Of a stretch of DNA of 64,000 nt, positions 1-11,680 are shown one piece after another (within the stretch, counting starts at the first letter, position 1; every line of letters begins with the position of its first letter). Both the position numbers and the translations under genes were made by a program. Where the stretch lies: positions 15,180-79,179 of the forward strand of contig JAAUZB010000058.1 of the NCBI GenBank assembly GCA_014804775.1, written 5' to 3'. The stretch comes from Roseburia sp. GTDB taxonomy: Bacteria; Bacillota; Clostridia; Lachnospirales; Lachnospiraceae. The notes under the pieces are model-generated. The model was not told the origin of the DNA and did no database searches. It worked only from the letters and a program-made list of their open reading frames with translations.

Positions 1-499
1 CCTTACGCTGTCCGATCTTAACAATTCTGGTATAACCACCGTTACGGTCAGCATACTTTGGAGCGATTTCGTCAAACAGTTTTGCCACGAGATCAACTTC
101 CTTGGTGTTACGCTTTCTTCCTGCAGCTTCTGCCGGAACTTCCTTTACCGGATAAAGTACTTTCAGCATCTCTCTGCGGGCATGCAGACGGGAAGGCATA
201 TCCTTCTTGATCGTCTTCTCAACCTCATCATAGACAGTCACTTTCTTTCCGTCTACAACTTCCTTTACTCTCTTTCCGTCTTTGTCCTTGCGGGCAACCT
301 TTGCCTTCACAGTAACCTCTTCATAGTTATCTCTCTCTTTTACTGCGGAAGCGATCAGTCCCTCAGCAATTTTGCGGACTTCTTTTGCTTTTGCTTCTGT
401 GGTAACAATCTTACCGTTGTAAATCAACGCTGTCACCTGACCTCTTAATAAAGCCTTTCTTTGGCTTGAGGTTCTGCTTAATTTACGATACTTTGCCAT
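1..499 (-). CDS. rplQ: 50S ribosomal protein L17 (3' end runs off the window; not in the ORF track)
   Basis: Manual translation from ATG at 499: MAKYRKLSRTSSQRKALLRGQVTALIYNGKIVTTEAKAKEVRK...FDEIAPKYADRNGGYTRIVKIGQRK; GGAGG RBS; follows rpoA. Confidence 0.96.
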   Translation of the reverse strand, partial: MAKYRKLSRTSSQRKALLRGQVTALIYNGKIVTTEAKAKEVRKIAEGLIASAVKERDNYEEVTVKAKVARKDKDGKRVKEVVDGKKVTVYDEVEKTIKKDMPSRLHARREMLKVLYPVKEVPAEAAGRKRNTKEVDLVAKLFDEIAPKYADRNGGYTRIVKIGQRK

Positions 500-652
500 T
501 TTCTTTTCCTCCATTCTTATGGTACATCCGGCAATGCTCTTTGGTCTTATTCGCCGAATGCCAACACATGCAGATATCATTTTCGCTGTGTTTTCTGGCT
601 GCTGACATACTCCATGCCTTTCGGACTTACTGTTTCTGCCTCCTCTTTCGCT

Positions 653-1612
653 TTATTCTTCACCCTGGTTTAACTGAAGTCCCAGCTCTTTTAATTTTGC
701 AAGAACTTCTTCCAATGACTTGCGTCCCAGGTTACGAACCTTCATCATATCCTCCGGTGTGCGGTTTGTCAACTCTTCCACCGTATTGATTCCAGCTCTC
801 TTCAAGCAGTTATAGGAACGAACAGACAGCTCAAGCTCATCAATGTTCATTTCCAAAACTTTTTCTTTTGCATTGTCTTCTTTCTCGATCATGACATCCG
901 CCTGCTGTGCAGCTTCTGATAGGTCGATAAAGAGACTTAAGTGTTCACTTAAGACCTTTGCAGCAAGGCTGACTGCCTCGTCCGGCTCAAGTGTCCCGTT
1001 TGTGTACACATCCAGTGTAAGCTTATCGTAGTCTGTAATCTGACCGACACGGGTATTCTCAATGGATAAGTTTACACGCTCCACTGGTGTATAGATCGAA
1101 TCGATTGCGATCACACCAATCGGAATATCCTCTGTCTTATTCTTCTCCGCGCTGACATAGCCTCTGCCTTTTGTAATGGTAAGCTCCATATACAGCTTGC
1201 AATCAGAGCCTCCATTCAAATTGGCAATTACCAAATCAGGATTTAAGATCTGAATATCAGAATCAACCTGAATATCCGATGCTTTGACTACGCCTTCCCC
1301 TTCGAATTCAATGTAAGCGACCTTAGGTTCATTTGTAGAGCTGTTATTTCTGATGGCAAGATTTTTGATATTCATTACAATTTCGGTAACATCTTCTTTG
1401 ACTCCGGGAATGGAGCTGAATTCATGCAGAACACCGTCAATCTTAACCTGACTCACAGCTGCACCTGGCAAAGAAGATAACATGATTCTTCTCAAGGAGT
1501 TACCAAGAGTTGTACCGTAACCTCTTTCCAATGGTTCTACAACAAACTTTCCGTACTTCTTGTCTTCTGAAATTTCCGCGATTTCAATTTTTGGTTTCTG
1601 AAAATCAAACAC
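653..1612 (-). CDS. rpoA: RNA polymerase alpha subunit
   Basis: [17 protein letters not shown] and [16 protein letters not shown] motifs; alpha operon position. Confidence 0.99.
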   Translation of the reverse strand: MFDFQKPKIEIAEISEDKKYGKFVVEPLERGYGTTLGNSLRRIMLSSLPGAAVSQVKIDGVLHEFSSIPGVKEDVTEIVMNIKNLAIRNNSSTNEPKVAYIEFEGEGVVKASDIQVDSDIQILNPDLVIANLNGGSDCKLYMELTITKGRGYVSAEKNKTEDIPIGVIAIDSIYTPVERVNLSIENTRVGQITDYDKLTLDVYTNGTLEPDEAVSLAAKVLSEHLSLFIDLSEAAQQADVMIEKEDNAKEKVLEMNIDELELSVRSYNCLKRAGINTVEELTNRTPEDMMKVRNLGRKSLEEVLAKLKELGLQLNQGEE

Positions 1613-1681
1613 TACAAAGTCCCTCCTTCTCGGGCAATTTGCCTATCTAATTACAGTTCTGGCCCCACGGACAGATCACGA

Positions 1682-2275
1682 TTACTTAGAATACAACTCG
1701 ACGATGAGCATTTCATTCACAGGAACGTCGATCTGCTCTCTGGAAGGTAATTCTTTTACTGTTCCCTGCATTTTTTCAGCGTCAACATCTAACCAGTCCG
1801 GAACTAATCTTCCACCGGTCACTTCGAGAATATCCTTCATTCTCTGAAGTCCTTTATTTTTCTCTTTAATCTCGATAACATCGCCAGCCTTTACTAAATA
1901 GGAAGGGATGTTTACCTGTTTTCCGTTCACCATTACGAACTTGTGATCTACAATCTGTCTTGCTTCTCTTCTGGTTCTTGCAAATCCCATGCGGAATACA
2001 ACGTTATCTAATCTGGACTCTAACATGGTCATTAAGTTCGTACCGGTCATGCCCTTCATCTTATCTGCCTTCTCATAGTAGTTATGGAAAGGTTTCTCTA
2101 ATACGCCATAGATGAATTTTGCTTTCTGCTTCTCTCTCAGCTGAAGACCGTACTCAGACATCTTCTTGTTCGCTCTTTTCAACTCTCTGTTGGACTTCTT
2201 ATCATATCCCAGATAGCTTGGCTCTAAGCCAAGTGATCTACATCTTTTCAGAACAGGAACTTTATTTACTGCCAT
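1682..2275 (-). CDS. rpsD: 30S ribosomal protein S4
   Basis: SEYGLQLREKQK, LESRLDNVVFRMGFA, LIVELYSK. Confidence 0.99.
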   Translation of the reverse strand: MAVNKVPVLKRCRSLGLEPSYLGYDKKSNRELKRANKKMSEYGLQLREKQKAKFIYGVLEKPFHNYYEKADKMKGMTGTNLMTMLESRLDNVVFRMGFARTRREARQIVDHKFVMVNGKQVNIPSYLVKAGDVIEIKEKNKGLQRMKDILEVTGGRLVPDWLDVDAEKMQGTVKELPSREQIDVPVNEMLIVELYSK

Positions 2276-2294
2276 TTTAGTCTCTACCTCCTAA

Positions 2295-2687
2295 TTAAAC
2301 TCTTCTGCGTTTTGGTGGACGACATCCATTATGAGGTACCGGAGTTACATCTTTAATGCTTGTAACCTCAAGACCGCAAGCGGAGAGCGCACGAATAGCT
2401 GCTTCCCTGCCTGATCCTGGTCCTTTTACCATAACGTCAACTGTTTTTAATCCGTGTACTAAAGCTGCCTTTGTAGCAGTTTCTGCTGCCATCTGTGCAG
2501 CATATGGAGTAGATTTCCTTGAACCTCTAAATCCAAGACCACCGGCACTTGCCCATGACAGCGCATTTCCCTCTGCGTCTGTAATGGTTACGATTGTATT
2601 GTTAAAAGATGACTGAATATGTGCCTGTCCGCGTTCAACGTTTTTCTTTACACGCTTTTTTGTCACTTTTTTTGTAACTTTAGCCAT
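2295..2687 (-). CDS. rpsK: 30S ribosomal protein S11
   Basis: [28 protein letters not shown]. Confidence 0.99.
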   Translation of the reverse strand: MAKVTKKVTKKRVKKNVERGQAHIQSSFNNTIVTITDAEGNALSWASAGGLGFRGSRKSTPYAAQMAAETATKAALVHGLKTVDVMVKGPGSGREAAIRALSACGLEVTSIKDVTPVPHNGCRPPKRRRV

Positions 2688-2751
2688 ATCTAAACTAACC
2701 TACTTTCTCAAAATATAAATGATTTCTTTGTTTCAAAAACAGAACTGTGTT

Positions 2752-3120
2752 CTATTTCTTCTTGTTCGCTACAGTACGCTTCGGTCCTTTTCTTGTTCTT
2801 GCATTGGTCTTTGTCTTCTGACCGCGAACAGGAAGACCCTTTCTATGACGAATTCCACGATAGCATCCGATCTCCTGAAGACGCTTGATGTTCATAGCGA
2901 TCTCTCTTCTCAGATCACCTTCTACCATCTGAGTCTCGTCAATTACTGCGCTGATTCTCTTTACTTCGTCGTCTGTCAAATCTCTGACACGAGTATTCGG
3001 ATCTACTTTTGCTTCTGCAAGGATACGGTTAGAGCTGGTCCTGCCGATACCATAGATATAAGTAAGACCGATCTCAACACGTTTTTCTCTTGGTAAATCT
3101 ACACCTGCGATACGAGCCAT
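2752..3120 (-). CDS. rpsM: 30S ribosomal protein S13
   Basis: [10 protein letters not shown] start (ATG 3120, GGAGG RBS), [18 protein letters not shown]. Confidence 0.99.
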   Translation of the reverse strand: MARIAGVDLPREKRVEIGLTYIYGIGRTSSNRILAEAKVDPNTRVRDLTDDEVKRISAVIDETQMVEGDLRREIAMNIKRLQEIGCYRGIRHRKGLPVRGQKTKTNARTRKGPKRTVANKKK

Positions 3121-3457
3121 GTGCTTTTTAACCTCCATTAATCCATCTAATGCCCCGTTCCCATGAACTTCGCATTGTCTTATTGTCTAAATTGAGCAAG
3201 CCACTTGACATCATGACTTTAACGATCCCTTACAGGAATCTCCAAAAAAACCCTCTCCGGCAGCTCCGTTGTCATCCGGCCTGAAATGTGTGCCTTTGCG
3301 GTTCTCTCCTGATATTCGGATGTTTCTCTTCTTCGCCCTCGGTATACAGACCAAAAAGAGCAGCTATCCCTGCTGTTCCTTATGATAACAGTGCAACAAC
3401 CCATCCAGGCGTTCCACTGCAGCCGCACATAATTAATTCCACAAACAACCGGACCGA

Positions 3458-3571
3458 TCAGCCCTGTCTCTGTTTGTGCTTCGGATTCTCACAGATAATC
3501 CTGATGCTTCCTTTTCTCTTAATGACTTTGCATTTCTCGCAAATAGGTTTGACTGATGATCTTACCTTCAC
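3458..3571 (-). CDS. rpmJ: 50S ribosomal protein L36 (Zn-ribbon form)
   Basis: GTG start at 3571: [37 protein letters not shown]. Confidence 0.98.
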   Translation of the reverse strand: MKVRSSVKPICEKCKVIKRKGSIRIICENPKHKQRQG

Positions 3572-3652
3572 AGCAAATCCTCCTTTCTCAACAATAGCTC
3601 TTCTGCATCTAAAATTGCGCAAAAAGGCACTATTTAAAAGTGTCCGTTTTGC

Positions 3653-3682
3653 ATTATAGCACGGACACTTATTATAAGTCAA
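3653..3682 (-). promoter_or_regulatory. sigma-A type promoter ahead of rpmJ-rpsM-rpsK-rpsD-rpoA-rplQ
   Basis: Minus strand TTGACT-18bp-TATAAT with extended -10 TG. Confidence 0.65.
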
Positions 3683-3716
3683 TATTCTTTTTGGGTTTTT
3701 TTACATATTTGTTGAG

Positions 3717-3935
3717 TTATTTATCTCGCCAGATAATTCTTCCTTTTGTCAGGTCATACGGTGACATTTCAATCGTTACTTTGTCTCCCGGAAGAATACG
3801 AATAAAGTTCATGCGCAGTTTTCCGCTGATGGTCGCCATAATCTGGTGTCCGTTCTCCAATTCCACCTTAAAGAAAGCGTTTGGCAGCTTCTCCACTACA
3901 GTTCCCTCTACTTCGATCACATCTGCTTTTGACAT
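3717..3935 (-). CDS. infA: Translation initiation factor IF-1
   Basis: [34 protein letters not shown]. Confidence 0.99.
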   Translation of the reverse strand: MSKADVIEVEGTVVEKLPNAFFKVELENGHQIMATISGKLRMNFIRILPGDKVTIEMSPYDLTKGRIIWRDK

Positions 3936-4199
3936 TTACATCTCCTCCTGATTTATGATTCCATATGTTTTGATCGCTCTTTTGACTGTGACATCGGTCA
4001 TTTCCTTCCTGAGGCAATCAGTCACCTCTGCCGGAAGGTGTCGAATGATCTGAATATGCTTGACGCTCTTTTTCTTTGGCGCTGCAAGCGTCTTTGTCGT
4101 TCCGTTGACCAGATACACAAACTTCTCATCTTTTTCTTTGATCAGATAAATCTGATTTCTGTCATGTCCGGACATGGACTTTGCAAATTCTATGTTCAT
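3936..4199 (-). CDS. KOW-domain (L14e-like) RNA-binding protein
   Basis: AKSMSGHD...VYLVNG...PKKKSVKHIQ; typical clostridial map-KOW-infA position. Confidence 0.85.
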   Translation of the reverse strand: MNIEFAKSMSGHDRNQIYLIKEKDEKFVYLVNGTTKTLAAPKKKSVKHIQIIRHLPAEVTDCLRKEMTDVTVKRAIKTYGIINQEEM

Positions 4200-4200
4200 A

Positions 4201-5010
4201 TCAGCGCCCCCGTGCACCGAGATATTGCTTTAGGTTCTCATCCGCCGCAATCTCAGATTCCGTTAATGTCAGAATTTCCGGCAGTCCCTCTGTAATGACA
4301 ATGGTGTTTTCGTAGTGAGCTGACAGCGACATATCTGCCGTAATCACTGTCCATTCATCATCTAGCCAGCGCACCTGCCAGGTACCCTCGTTTATCATCG
4401 GCTCAACCGCAAGTGTCATCCCTGCCTGAAACCGAATGCCTCTTCTCAGCGGCCTGTAATTAGGGATTTCCGGGTCCTCATGCAGTTTTTTTCCGATACC
4501 GTGTCCGCACAAGTCCCTCACAACGCCATATCCAAACTGCTCTGCATAGCTGCCGACTGCAGCCGATATCTCGTGGAGATGCCGACCGGCAGTTGCAAAC
4601 TTCATTCCCTCAAAGAAGCTCTGCCTTGTTCTCTCTATCAGCAAAGACGCCTCCTTGGAGATATCTCCGACAGCATGGGTTCTCGCCGCATCGGAGTGAT
4701 AACCTTTATAGCACAGTCCGATATCAAGACTGACAATATCCCCCTCGCGGATAAACTTTTCCGCGGAGGGAATGCCGTGTACTACTTCCTCATCTATAGA
4801 AACACACACGGATGCCGGATAACCGCTATAATTTTTAAAAGACGGAGTGCATCCAAAACTTCGAATCATATCTTCTCCGAGTCTGTCAATCTCCAACGTT
4901 GACATCCCGGGACGGAGTTCTTTTCCCAGGTCCTCATGCACCTTTGCGAGAAGCCTGCCGGCTTCACGCATCCGGTTGATTTCCTCGGAAGTCTTTCTCA
5001 CTACAGACAT
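4201..5010 (-). CDS. map: Type I methionine aminopeptidase
   Basis: EVVHGIP, DIG...DAART, GHGIG..LHEDP, AVEPM, AHYENT. Confidence 0.98.
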   Translation of the reverse strand: MSVVRKTSEEINRMREAGRLLAKVHEDLGKELRPGMSTLEIDRLGEDMIRSFGCTPSFKNYSGYPASVCVSIDEEVVHGIPSAEKFIREGDIVSLDIGLCYKGYHSDAARTHAVGDISKEASLLIERTRQSFFEGMKFATAGRHLHEISAAVGSYAEQFGYGVVRDLCGHGIGKKLHEDPEIPNYRPLRRGIRFQAGMTLAVEPMINEGTWQVRWLDDEWTVITADMSLSAHYENTIVITEGLPEILTLTESEIAADENLKQYLGARGR

Positions 5011-5013
5011 GCT

Positions 5014-5658
5014 CTATTCTCCCAAAATCGCAACGATATCCGTAAATACTTTTTCCATCGGCTGTGTGCCGTCCACTGATCTTAAGATACCCTGCTCTTT
5101 GTAATAGTCGATCAGCGGCTGTGTCTGCTCATGGTATACAGTCAGTCTCTTCTGCACTGTTTCCGGCTTGTCGTCATCTCTTAATACCACTTCGTTGCCG
5201 CATCTGTCACAGATTCCCTCTACCTTAGTTGGAATAGAAACAATGTGATATGTGGCGCCACAGTTTAAGCACGCTCTTCTTCCGCTCATACGGTTTACGA
5301 TGTTCTCGTCCGGAACATCTACGTCAATTGCGTAATCCATCTTCTGATCTATTTTCTCAAGTGCTGCCGTAAGCGCTTCTGCCTGCGGAATCGTTCTCGG
5401 GAATCCGTCCAGCACAAAACCGTTTGTGCAGTCATCCTGCTGTATTCTATCCATTACCAGATCACAGGTCAGTTCATCCGGAACAAGCAGTCCCTGATCC
5501 ATATACTGTTTTGCCTTCTGTCCCAGCTCTGTTCCGTTCTTAATATTTGCACGGAAAATATCTCCTGTCGAGATGTGCGGAATGCTGTATTTATCTGCGA
5601 TCTGCTTTGCCTGTGTTCCTTTTCCGGCTCCCGGAGCCCCTAACATTATTATCTTCAT
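5014..5658 (-). CDS. adk: Adenylate kinase (Zn-binding LID)
   Basis: [22 protein letters not shown]...CDRC. Confidence 0.99.
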   Translation of the reverse strand: MKIIMLGAPGAGKGTQAKQIADKYSIPHISTGDIFRANIKNGTELGQKAKQYMDQGLLVPDELTCDLVMDRIQQDDCTNGFVLDGFPRTIPQAEALTAALEKIDQKMDYAIDVDVPDENIVNRMSGRRACLNCGATYHIVSIPTKVEGICDRCGNEVVLRDDDKPETVQKRLTVYHEQTQPLIDYYKEQGILRSVDGTQPMEKVFTDIVAILGE

Positions 5659-5726
5659 TAAATATACCCTTCCTTTCTCTAAATAGGAAAGTAACGCTGA
5701 ACTTCATGTGAGTCCAGCGTCATCCC

Positions 5727-7052
5727 TTAATCATTCAAAAAACCTTTATAGTAACGTACACGCATCTGTGATTCAATTTGTTTTAACGTTTCAATCACGA
5801 CACCAACGATGATGATGATAGATGTTCCTCCGAAGGAAACGTCCGCACCAAATACACCGTTAAAGAAAATCGGAACAAATGCGATAAATGCGAGTGCTAC
5901 TGCTCCTATAAAAACAATGTAATTCAAGATTCGGTTCAGATAATCGCTGGTCGGTTTTCCCGGTCTGATTCCCGGAATAAATCCGCCCGCCTTCTTCATA
6001 TTATTTGCAATCTCAAGCGGATTGAACGTAATAGAAGTATAGAAATAGGCAAACGCTATGATCAATATGATGTATACCACAAGACCGATGGAATAAATCG
6101 GCTCTTCAGGATTACACCAGTTTGACTGTGACATTCCTCTTAATATCTTACTTCCTATTCCTGTCCCGTCTCCTTTTTTGAGCAGACCTGCGATAATCAC
6201 CGGGGTCTGTAACAAAGACTGGGCAAAAATAACCGGGATCACACCGCTCGTGTTTACCTTAAGCGGAATATGTGTTGACTGTCCGCCAACCTGTTTTCTT
6301 CCCTGAATCTTTTTGGAGTACTGCACCGGTATTCTGCGCTCACCGCCCTGCAGATATACTACAAAAAGCACCATTGCCACAATGATAGCGATAATAATCA
6401 CTGCCGCAAGAATTGCTTTCGGCAGTTTCTTTCCTGCGATAAACTGCTGATAGAGCGTACCGAGATCATTCGGGATACGTGAAATGATGTTAACGGTAAG
6501 CACGATGGAAATACCGTTTCCAACACCCTTTTCTGTAATGCGCTCTCCAATCCACATCAGCACCGCGGAACCTGCTGTCAATGCAAAGATGACCATGATG
6601 ATATCCAGAACGCATCCGACACCGCTGTTGTGATCCAGATAACCTCCACGCTTAAATCCGATCGTCATCGCTATTGATTCGATCAATGCAAGCGCTACCG
6701 TCAGATATCTGGTAATCTCAGCGATCTTCTTACGTCCTTCTTCTCCGTCACGCTGCATTTCTTCCAGCTTTGGAATTGCAATTGTGAGAAGCTGCATGAT
6801 AATGGAAGATGTGATATACGGTGTAATGTTCAGCGCGAAAAGTGACATTCGCTGGAATGATCCACCTGTTATCGCATCAAAAAATCCCATTCCTTCAGCA
6901 GTCTGCGCAAACCACTGTGCAAATACTTGACTATCCACACCAGGAATCGGAAGCTGACTTCCGATTCTGATGATAACTAGCATAAAAAATGTAAAAATGA
7001 TTCTGCTTCGAATATCTTTAATTCTAAATGCATTACGGAGTGTCTCTAGCAT
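5727..7052 (-). CDS. secY: Preprotein translocase SecY
   Basis: ITPYITSSII, GVGNGISI, IPGIRPGKPT; multiple TM segments. Confidence 0.99.
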   Translation of the reverse strand: MLETLRNAFRIKDIRSRIIFTFFMLVIIRIGSQLPIPGVDSQVFAQWFAQTAEGMGFFDAITGGSFQRMSLFALNITPYITSSIIMQLLTIAIPKLEEMQRDGEEGRKKIAEITRYLTVALALIESIAMTIGFKRGGYLDHNSGVGCVLDIIMVIFALTAGSAVLMWIGERITEKGVGNGISIVLTVNIISRIPNDLGTLYQQFIAGKKLPKAILAAVIIIAIIVAMVLFVVYLQGGERRIPVQYSKKIQGRKQVGGQSTHIPLKVNTSGVIPVIFAQSLLQTPVIIAGLLKKGDGTGIGSKILRGMSQSNWCNPEEPIYSIGLVVYIILIIAFAYFYTSITFNPLEIANNMKKAGGFIPGIRPGKPTSDYLNRILNYIVFIGAVALAFIAFVPIFFNGVFGADVSFGGTSIIIIVGVVIETLKQIESQMRVRYYKGFLND

Positions 7053-7492
7053 TAGATCACCTCTGCTTTTCCACCAAGAGCTTCGATTTTTTCCTTTGCA
7101 CTTTCGCTAAATGCATTTGCCTGAACTGTAAGCTTCTTAGTAAGTTCACCGTTACCAAGGATCTTAACACCGTCTCTCGGATTCTTTACGATACCTGCCT
7201 CAATCAGTGTGTCAACAGATACGACTGCATCATTCTCAAACGCCTCAAGTGCGGAAAGATTAATGCCGACGATTGTCTTGGAGTTTCTGCATTTGAAACC
7301 TCTCTTCGGCAGTCTGCGGTATAACGGCATCTGACCGCCTTCAAATCCCGGTCTTGGCGCTCCGGAACGGGCCTTCTGTCCCTTGTGACCCTTGCCGGCC
7401 GTCTTACCGTTTCCCGAACCGTGTCCGCGTCCCCGTCTGAAATTATCGTTGTGAGTGGAACCCGGTGCTCCGTGTAAATTTGATAAGTCCAT
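7052..7492 (-). CDS. rplO: 50S ribosomal protein L15
   Basis: [30 protein letters not shown]. Confidence 0.99.
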   Translation of the reverse strand: MDLSNLHGAPGSTHNDNFRRGRGHGSGNGKTAGKGHKGQKARSGAPRPGFEGGQMPLYRRLPKRGFKCRNSKTIVGINLSALEAFENDAVVSVDTLIEAGIVKNPRDGVKILGNGELTKKLTVQANAFSESAKEKIEALGGKAEVI

Positions 7493-7518
7493 TACTAACA
7501 CCTCCTTGCCTTAATATA

Positions 7519-7704
7519 TTAAATTTCTTCTACTTTCACATACGGTGCAACTTTACGCAGCGCTCCTGCCGTTGCCGCATTGTCCGGCAGCTCAACTGTT
7601 TTGTATAACTTGTTCAAGCCAAGCGCCTCGATAGTCTTTTTGTTCTTCGGAACTGCACCGATCGTGGATCTTATAAGTGTTACTTTAAGTTTCTTCTCTG
7701 CCAT
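7519..7704 (-). CDS. rpmD: 50S ribosomal protein L30
   Basis: LKVTLIRSTIG...TIEALGL; between rpsE and rplO. Confidence 0.97.
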   Translation of the reverse strand: MAEKKLKVTLIRSTIGAVPKNKKTIEALGLNKLYKTVELPDNAATAGALRKVAPYVKVEEI

Positions 7705-7717
7705 CTTAAATTCCTCC

Positions 7718-8227
7718 TTAACCTACGATCTCTTCAACGGATTTGCCGCGAAGCTTCGCTACTTCTTCCGGGGACTTTAACTGACTCAAAGCATTAATTG
7801 TTGCGAGAACAACGTTCTGTTTATTATTGGAACCCAAAGATTTCGTACGAATGTTCTTAATCCCTGCAAGCTCACATACATTACGTGCAGGACCGCCGGC
7901 GATGATACCGGTACCATCCGGAGATTTCTTTAACAATACGGAAGCTCCTGTATGCTTTCCTGTCACATCATGTGTGATACTGTCAACTGCATCCAGCTTT
8001 ACTGTAATGAGCTTCTTCATCGCATCCTCTTTTCCTTTGCGAATCGCCTCCGGAATTTCAGCTGCTTTTCCCAATCCGGCACCGACATGGCCGTTGCCGT
8101 CACCAACAACAACTAAAGCTGTAAAACGGAAGTTACGTCCACCTTTAACAACTTTTGTTACACGTTTAATTGATACCACTTTTTCGTTTAATTCTAATTG
8201 ACTAGCATCAATAATTTCACGTTTCAT
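7718..8227 (-). CDS. rpsE: 30S ribosomal protein S5
   Basis: [22 protein letters not shown]. Confidence 0.99.
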   Translation of the reverse strand: MKREIIDASQLELNEKVVSIKRVTKVVKGGRNFRFTALVVVGDGNGHVGAGLGKAAEIPEAIRKGKEDAMKKLITVKLDAVDSITHDVTGKHTGASVLLKKSPDGTGIIAGGPARNVCELAGIKNIRTKSLGSNNKQNVVLATINALSQLKSPEEVAKLRGKSVEEIVG

Positions 8228-8245
8228 GTTTTGCGTTCCCTCCTA

Positions 8246-8614
8246 TTAAAAATCTAATCCAGCTTCTCTTGCTGCATCGGCTAATGCCTTTACCTTGCCC
8301 TGATATATGAAACCGCCTCTGTCAAAGACAACCGTTGTAATACCCTTATCTAACGCTTTTTTTGCAATTACAGTACCAAGCTTTGCTGCCGCTTCTACGT
8401 TATTAGTCTTTTCCAATTCTGCCTTTACATCTTTTTCAAGTGTAGACGCAGAAACAAGTGTATTCCCAACTGTATCATCAATAATCTGAGCGTACATATG
8501 ATTATTACTTCTGAACACAGCTAAACGTGGTCTCTCTGCAGTGCCTGCAAGATGATGGCGCATTCTTCTATGCTTATTTTCGCGAACTGCTGTTCTTGAT
8601 TTCTTACTAACCAT
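8246..8614 (-). CDS. rplR: 50S ribosomal protein L18
   Basis: [20 protein letters not shown]. Confidence 0.99.
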   Translation of the reverse strand: MVSKKSRTAVRENKHRRMRHHLAGTAERPRLAVFRSNNHMYAQIIDDTVGNTLVSASTLEKDVKAELEKTNNVEAAAKLGTVIAKKALDKGITTVVFDRGGFIYQGKVKALADAAREAGLDF

Positions 8615-8632
8615 TTTTCGTCACTCCTTTAA

Positions 8633-9172
8633 TTATTTCTTACCAGTCTTACCAACTTTACGTCTAATAACTTCATCAGCGTACTTAATACCTTTTCCTT
8701 TGTAAGGCTCAGGTCTTCTCTTATCTCTGATTTCAGCTGCGTATTGGCCAACTCTCTCTTTATCGATACCTGATACAATGATTTTATTTCCGTCAACTTT
8801 AGATTCCAGTCCCTCAGGATCTGTCATCTCAACCGGATGAGAATATCCCAGGTTCAACGTCAGAACCTTTCCTGATTTGGATGCTCTGTAACCAACACCG
8901 TTTACCTCAAGCACCTTTGTATATCCGTCTGTTACACCGACAACCATGTTGTTGATCAAGGTTCTGGTTAATCCGTGTAAGGATTTCATTTTCTTCAAAT
9001 CATTAGGTCTTGTAACTGTGATCTCGCTACCCTCTAATTTGATTTCCATCTCCGACGGAAGTGTTCTCTCCAGAGTTCCCTTAGGACCTTTTACAGTCAC
9101 ATGATTATTTTCTGCAATATCCACTGTTACTCCAGCCGGAACTGCGATTGGCATTCTTCCTATACGTGACAT
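8633..9172 (-). CDS. rplF: 50S ribosomal protein L6
   Basis: [20 protein letters not shown]. Confidence 0.99.
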   Translation of the reverse strand: MSRIGRMPIAVPAGVTVDIAENNHVTVKGPKGTLERTLPSEMEIKLEGSEITVTRPNDLKKMKSLHGLTRTLINNMVVGVTDGYTKVLEVNGVGYRASKSGKVLTLNLGYSHPVEMTDPEGLESKVDGNKIIVSGIDKERVGQYAAEIRDKRRPEPYKGKGIKYADEVIRRKVGKTGKK

Positions 9173-9277
9173 GCCCGTACCTCCTAATTTTATAATTTAC
9201 TGTGCCCGTTCATATTTCCAATATCCCGGAAGAACGGAACGTTCTTCTGATTTTGACTTTCCTCTGGAAGTCAAAAT

Positions 9278-9679
9278 CTACCATACAAATGCTAATACTT
9301 CTCCGCCAACCTGAAGCTTTCTAGCCTCTTTATCAGTAATGATTCCCTGATTTGTGGAAAGGATTGCGATTCCTAAACCGCCAAGCACTCTCGGGAGCTC
9401 ATCCTTACCGGCATACACACGAAGACCCGGCTTTGAAATTCTCTTAAGTCCTGTGATGATCTTCTGATTCTTGTCTGCACCATATTTTAAGGTAATGCGG
9501 ATTGTCTTGAAGTTTCCATCTTCAACAATATCATATTTTGCGATGTATCCCTCATCTACAAGAATATCAGCAATAGCGATTTTCATTTTTGATGCAGGAA
9601 CATCAACTGTATCATGTTTAGCAGTATTTGCATTACGGATTCTTGTAAGCATATCTGCGATCGGATCACTAGTTGTCAT
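9278..9679 (-). CDS. rpsH: 30S ribosomal protein S8
   Basis: [30 protein letters not shown]. Confidence 0.99.
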   Translation of the reverse strand: MTTSDPIADMLTRIRNANTAKHDTVDVPASKMKIAIADILVDEGYIAKYDIVEDGNFKTIRITLKYGADKNQKIITGLKRISKPGLRVYAGKDELPRVLGGLGIAILSTNQGIITDKEARKLQVGGEVLAFVW

Positions 9680-9715
9680 GATGTATATTTCCTCCTTTTA
9701 TAGTTTGCAATCTGA

Positions 9716-9901
9716 TTACCAGCTTGCTTTCTTAACTCCTGGTATCTGGCCTTTGTATGCTAACTCACGGAAACATACTCTGCAAATTCCGTACTTTTTC
9801 AAAACAGAATGAGGGCGGCCACAAATCTTGCAACGTGTGTAGGCTCTTGTAGAGAACTTCGGTTTGCGCTGCTGCTTTATTTTCATACTTGTTTTAGCCA
9901 T
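9716..9901 (-). CDS. rpsZ: 30S ribosomal protein S14 type Z (Zn-binding)
   Basis: 61 aa, CKICGR...ICRVCFRE. Confidence 0.98.
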   Translation of the reverse strand: MAKTSMKIKQQRKPKFSTRAYTRCKICGRPHSVLKKYGICRVCFRELAYKGQIPGVKKASW

Positions 9902-9917
9902 TGAAATTTCCTCCTAC

Positions 9918-10457
9918 TTATTTGGCGAATGGCATGTTGAACAGTGACAACAATTCGCGGGCTTCTTCGTCTGTCTTGGCAGTGGTAACAAAAATAACAT
10001 CCAATCCACGCACCTTATCGACCTTATCATATTCGATCTCCGGGAAAATCAACTGTTCTTTGATACCCAGCGCATAATTTCCCCTGCCGTCAAATGCATT
10101 CGGATTTACACCTCTAAAGTCACGGACACGCGGCAATGCCAGGTTGATCAGGCGGTCCATAAATTCATACATCTTCTCACCGCGCAGTGTTGTCTTACAT
10201 CCGATTGCCATGCCTTCTCTGATCTTGAAGTTTGCAATAGCGTTCTTTGCCTTGGTCACAACCGCCTTCTGTCCGGTGATCGTCTCCATATCTTTCACTG
10301 CAGCTTCCAACACCTTTGCGTTCTCTTTGGCTTCACCAACGCCCATGTTTACAACAATCTTCTCAAGCTTTGGTACTTCCATAATATTTTTATACCCAAA
10401 TTTTTTGACCATAGCGTCTACGATCTCATTCTGGTACTGTTCTTTTAGTCTGCTCAC
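9918..10457 (-). CDS. rplE: 50S ribosomal protein L5
   Basis: [23 protein letters not shown]. Confidence 0.99.
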   Translation of the reverse strand: MSRLKEQYQNEIVDAMVKKFGYKNIMEVPKLEKIVVNMGVGEAKENAKVLEAAVKDMETITGQKAVVTKAKNAIANFKIREGMAIGCKTTLRGEKMYEFMDRLINLALPRVRDFRGVNPNAFDGRGNYALGIKEQLIFPEIEYDKVDKVRGLDVIFVTTAKTDEEARELLSLFNMPFAK

Positions 10458-10477
10458 TATTTGGCCTCCTCTCCCTA

Positions 10478-10789
10478 TTAGTCGATCACTTCGCCGGTTG
10501 TCTTGGCAAAGCGAACTTTCTTATCTCCATCCATCTTGAAACCTATACGGGTAGGTTTTCCCTTATGAAGATACATTACGTTAGAGATATCAATCGGTCC
10601 TTCCTGATGAACGATACCACCCTGCTGATTTGCCATGCTCGGTTTGGTATGCTTGGTCACCATGTTGACACCCTCCACCAACACTGTGTGGTTCTTTCTG
10701 TTCACAGCGATAACCTTGCCTTCGCTGTTAATATCCTTGCCGGCGATCACTTTAACCGTATCGCCTTTTTTTATTTTCATGGTTGCCAT
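10478..10789 (-). CDS. rplX: 50S ribosomal protein L24
   Basis: [18 protein letters not shown] motif. Confidence 0.99.
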   Translation of the reverse strand: MATMKIKKGDTVKVIAGKDINSEGKVIAVNRKNHTVLVEGVNMVTKHTKPSMANQQGGIVHQEGPIDISNVMYLHKGKPTRIGFKMDGDKKVRFAKTTGEVID

Positions 10790-10801
10790 ATCCCGGTCCT
10801 C

Positions 10802-11170
10802 CTACAATACTTCCGGAGCTAAGGAAACAATTTTCATGAACTGTTTCTCACGAAGCTCTCTGGCTACTGGTCCAAAAATACGTGTTCCTCTTGGGGTCTT
10901 GTCTTCCTTAATTATAACGGCAGCGTTCTCATCAAATTTGATGTAGGAGCCGTCTTTGCGGCGGGCACCTTTTACCGTGCGAACAACTACAGCTTTTACG
11001 ACGTCACCTTTTTTTACAACACCGCCTGGTGTTGCATCTTTGACCGTAGCAACAATCACATCACCAATATTCGCATATCTTCTAGTAGAGCCGCCCATAA
11101 CACGGATCACAAGCAGTTCCTTTGCTCCTGTGTTATCGGCTACCTTCAGTCTACTTTCCTGTTGTACCAT
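10802..11170 (-). CDS. rplN: 50S ribosomal protein L14
   Basis: [21 protein letters not shown]. Confidence 0.99.
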   Translation of the reverse strand: MVQQESRLKVADNTGAKELLVIRVMGGSTRRYANIGDVIVATVKDATPGGVVKKGDVVKAVVVRTVKGARRKDGSYIKFDENAAVIIKEDKTPRGTRIFGPVARELREKQFMKIVSLAPEVL

Positions 11171-11188
11171 GCTTGTAGCCTCCTTTAA

Positions 11189-11446
11189 CTATTTTGCTCT
11201 CTCCATAATTTCCACAAGTCTCCATCTCTTGTCTTTGGATAAAGGTCTTGTTTCCATAACTTTTACTTTGTCACCGATCTTGCAATCGTTATTCTCATCA
11301 TGAGCTTTTAATTTATATGTCTTCTTCACGATTTTGTTGTACAGAGGATGTCTTACGTTGTCCTGGATCGCTACAACGACAGTCTTATCCATCTTGTCGC
11401 TTACAACAACACCAACACGTGTTTTTCTAAGATTTCTTTCTTCCAC
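11189..11446 (-). CDS. rpsQ: 30S ribosomal protein S17
   Basis: [22 protein letters not shown]. Confidence 0.99.
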   Translation of the reverse strand: MEERNLRKTRVGVVVSDKMDKTVVVAIQDNVRHPLYNKIVKKTYKLKAHDENNDCKIGDKVKVMETRPLSKDKRWRLVEIMERAK

Positions 11447-11470
11447 GATAAATTCTCCTTTCTAGAGCTT

Positions 11471-11680
11471 CTATTCTGCAACTTTGGCTTTCTCGGTAAT
11501 GACAGTCTGAATTCTTGCGATATTCTTTCTGACTTCTTTAATTCTGCTTGTGTTGTCTAACTGATTCGTTGCATTCTGGAATCTCAAATTGAAAAGTTCT
11601 TTTTTAGCGTTCACTAACTGTGCATTCAAATCTGCAACAGACTGGCTTTTTAATTCTTCTAAATATTTACTAGTTTTCAT
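11471..11680 (-). CDS. rpmC: 50S ribosomal protein L29
   Basis: [15 protein letters not shown]...RKNIARIQT. Confidence 0.98.
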   Translation of the reverse strand: MKTSKYLEELKSQSVADLNAQLVNAKKELFNLRFQNATNQLDNTSRIKEVRKNIARIQTVITEKAKVAE

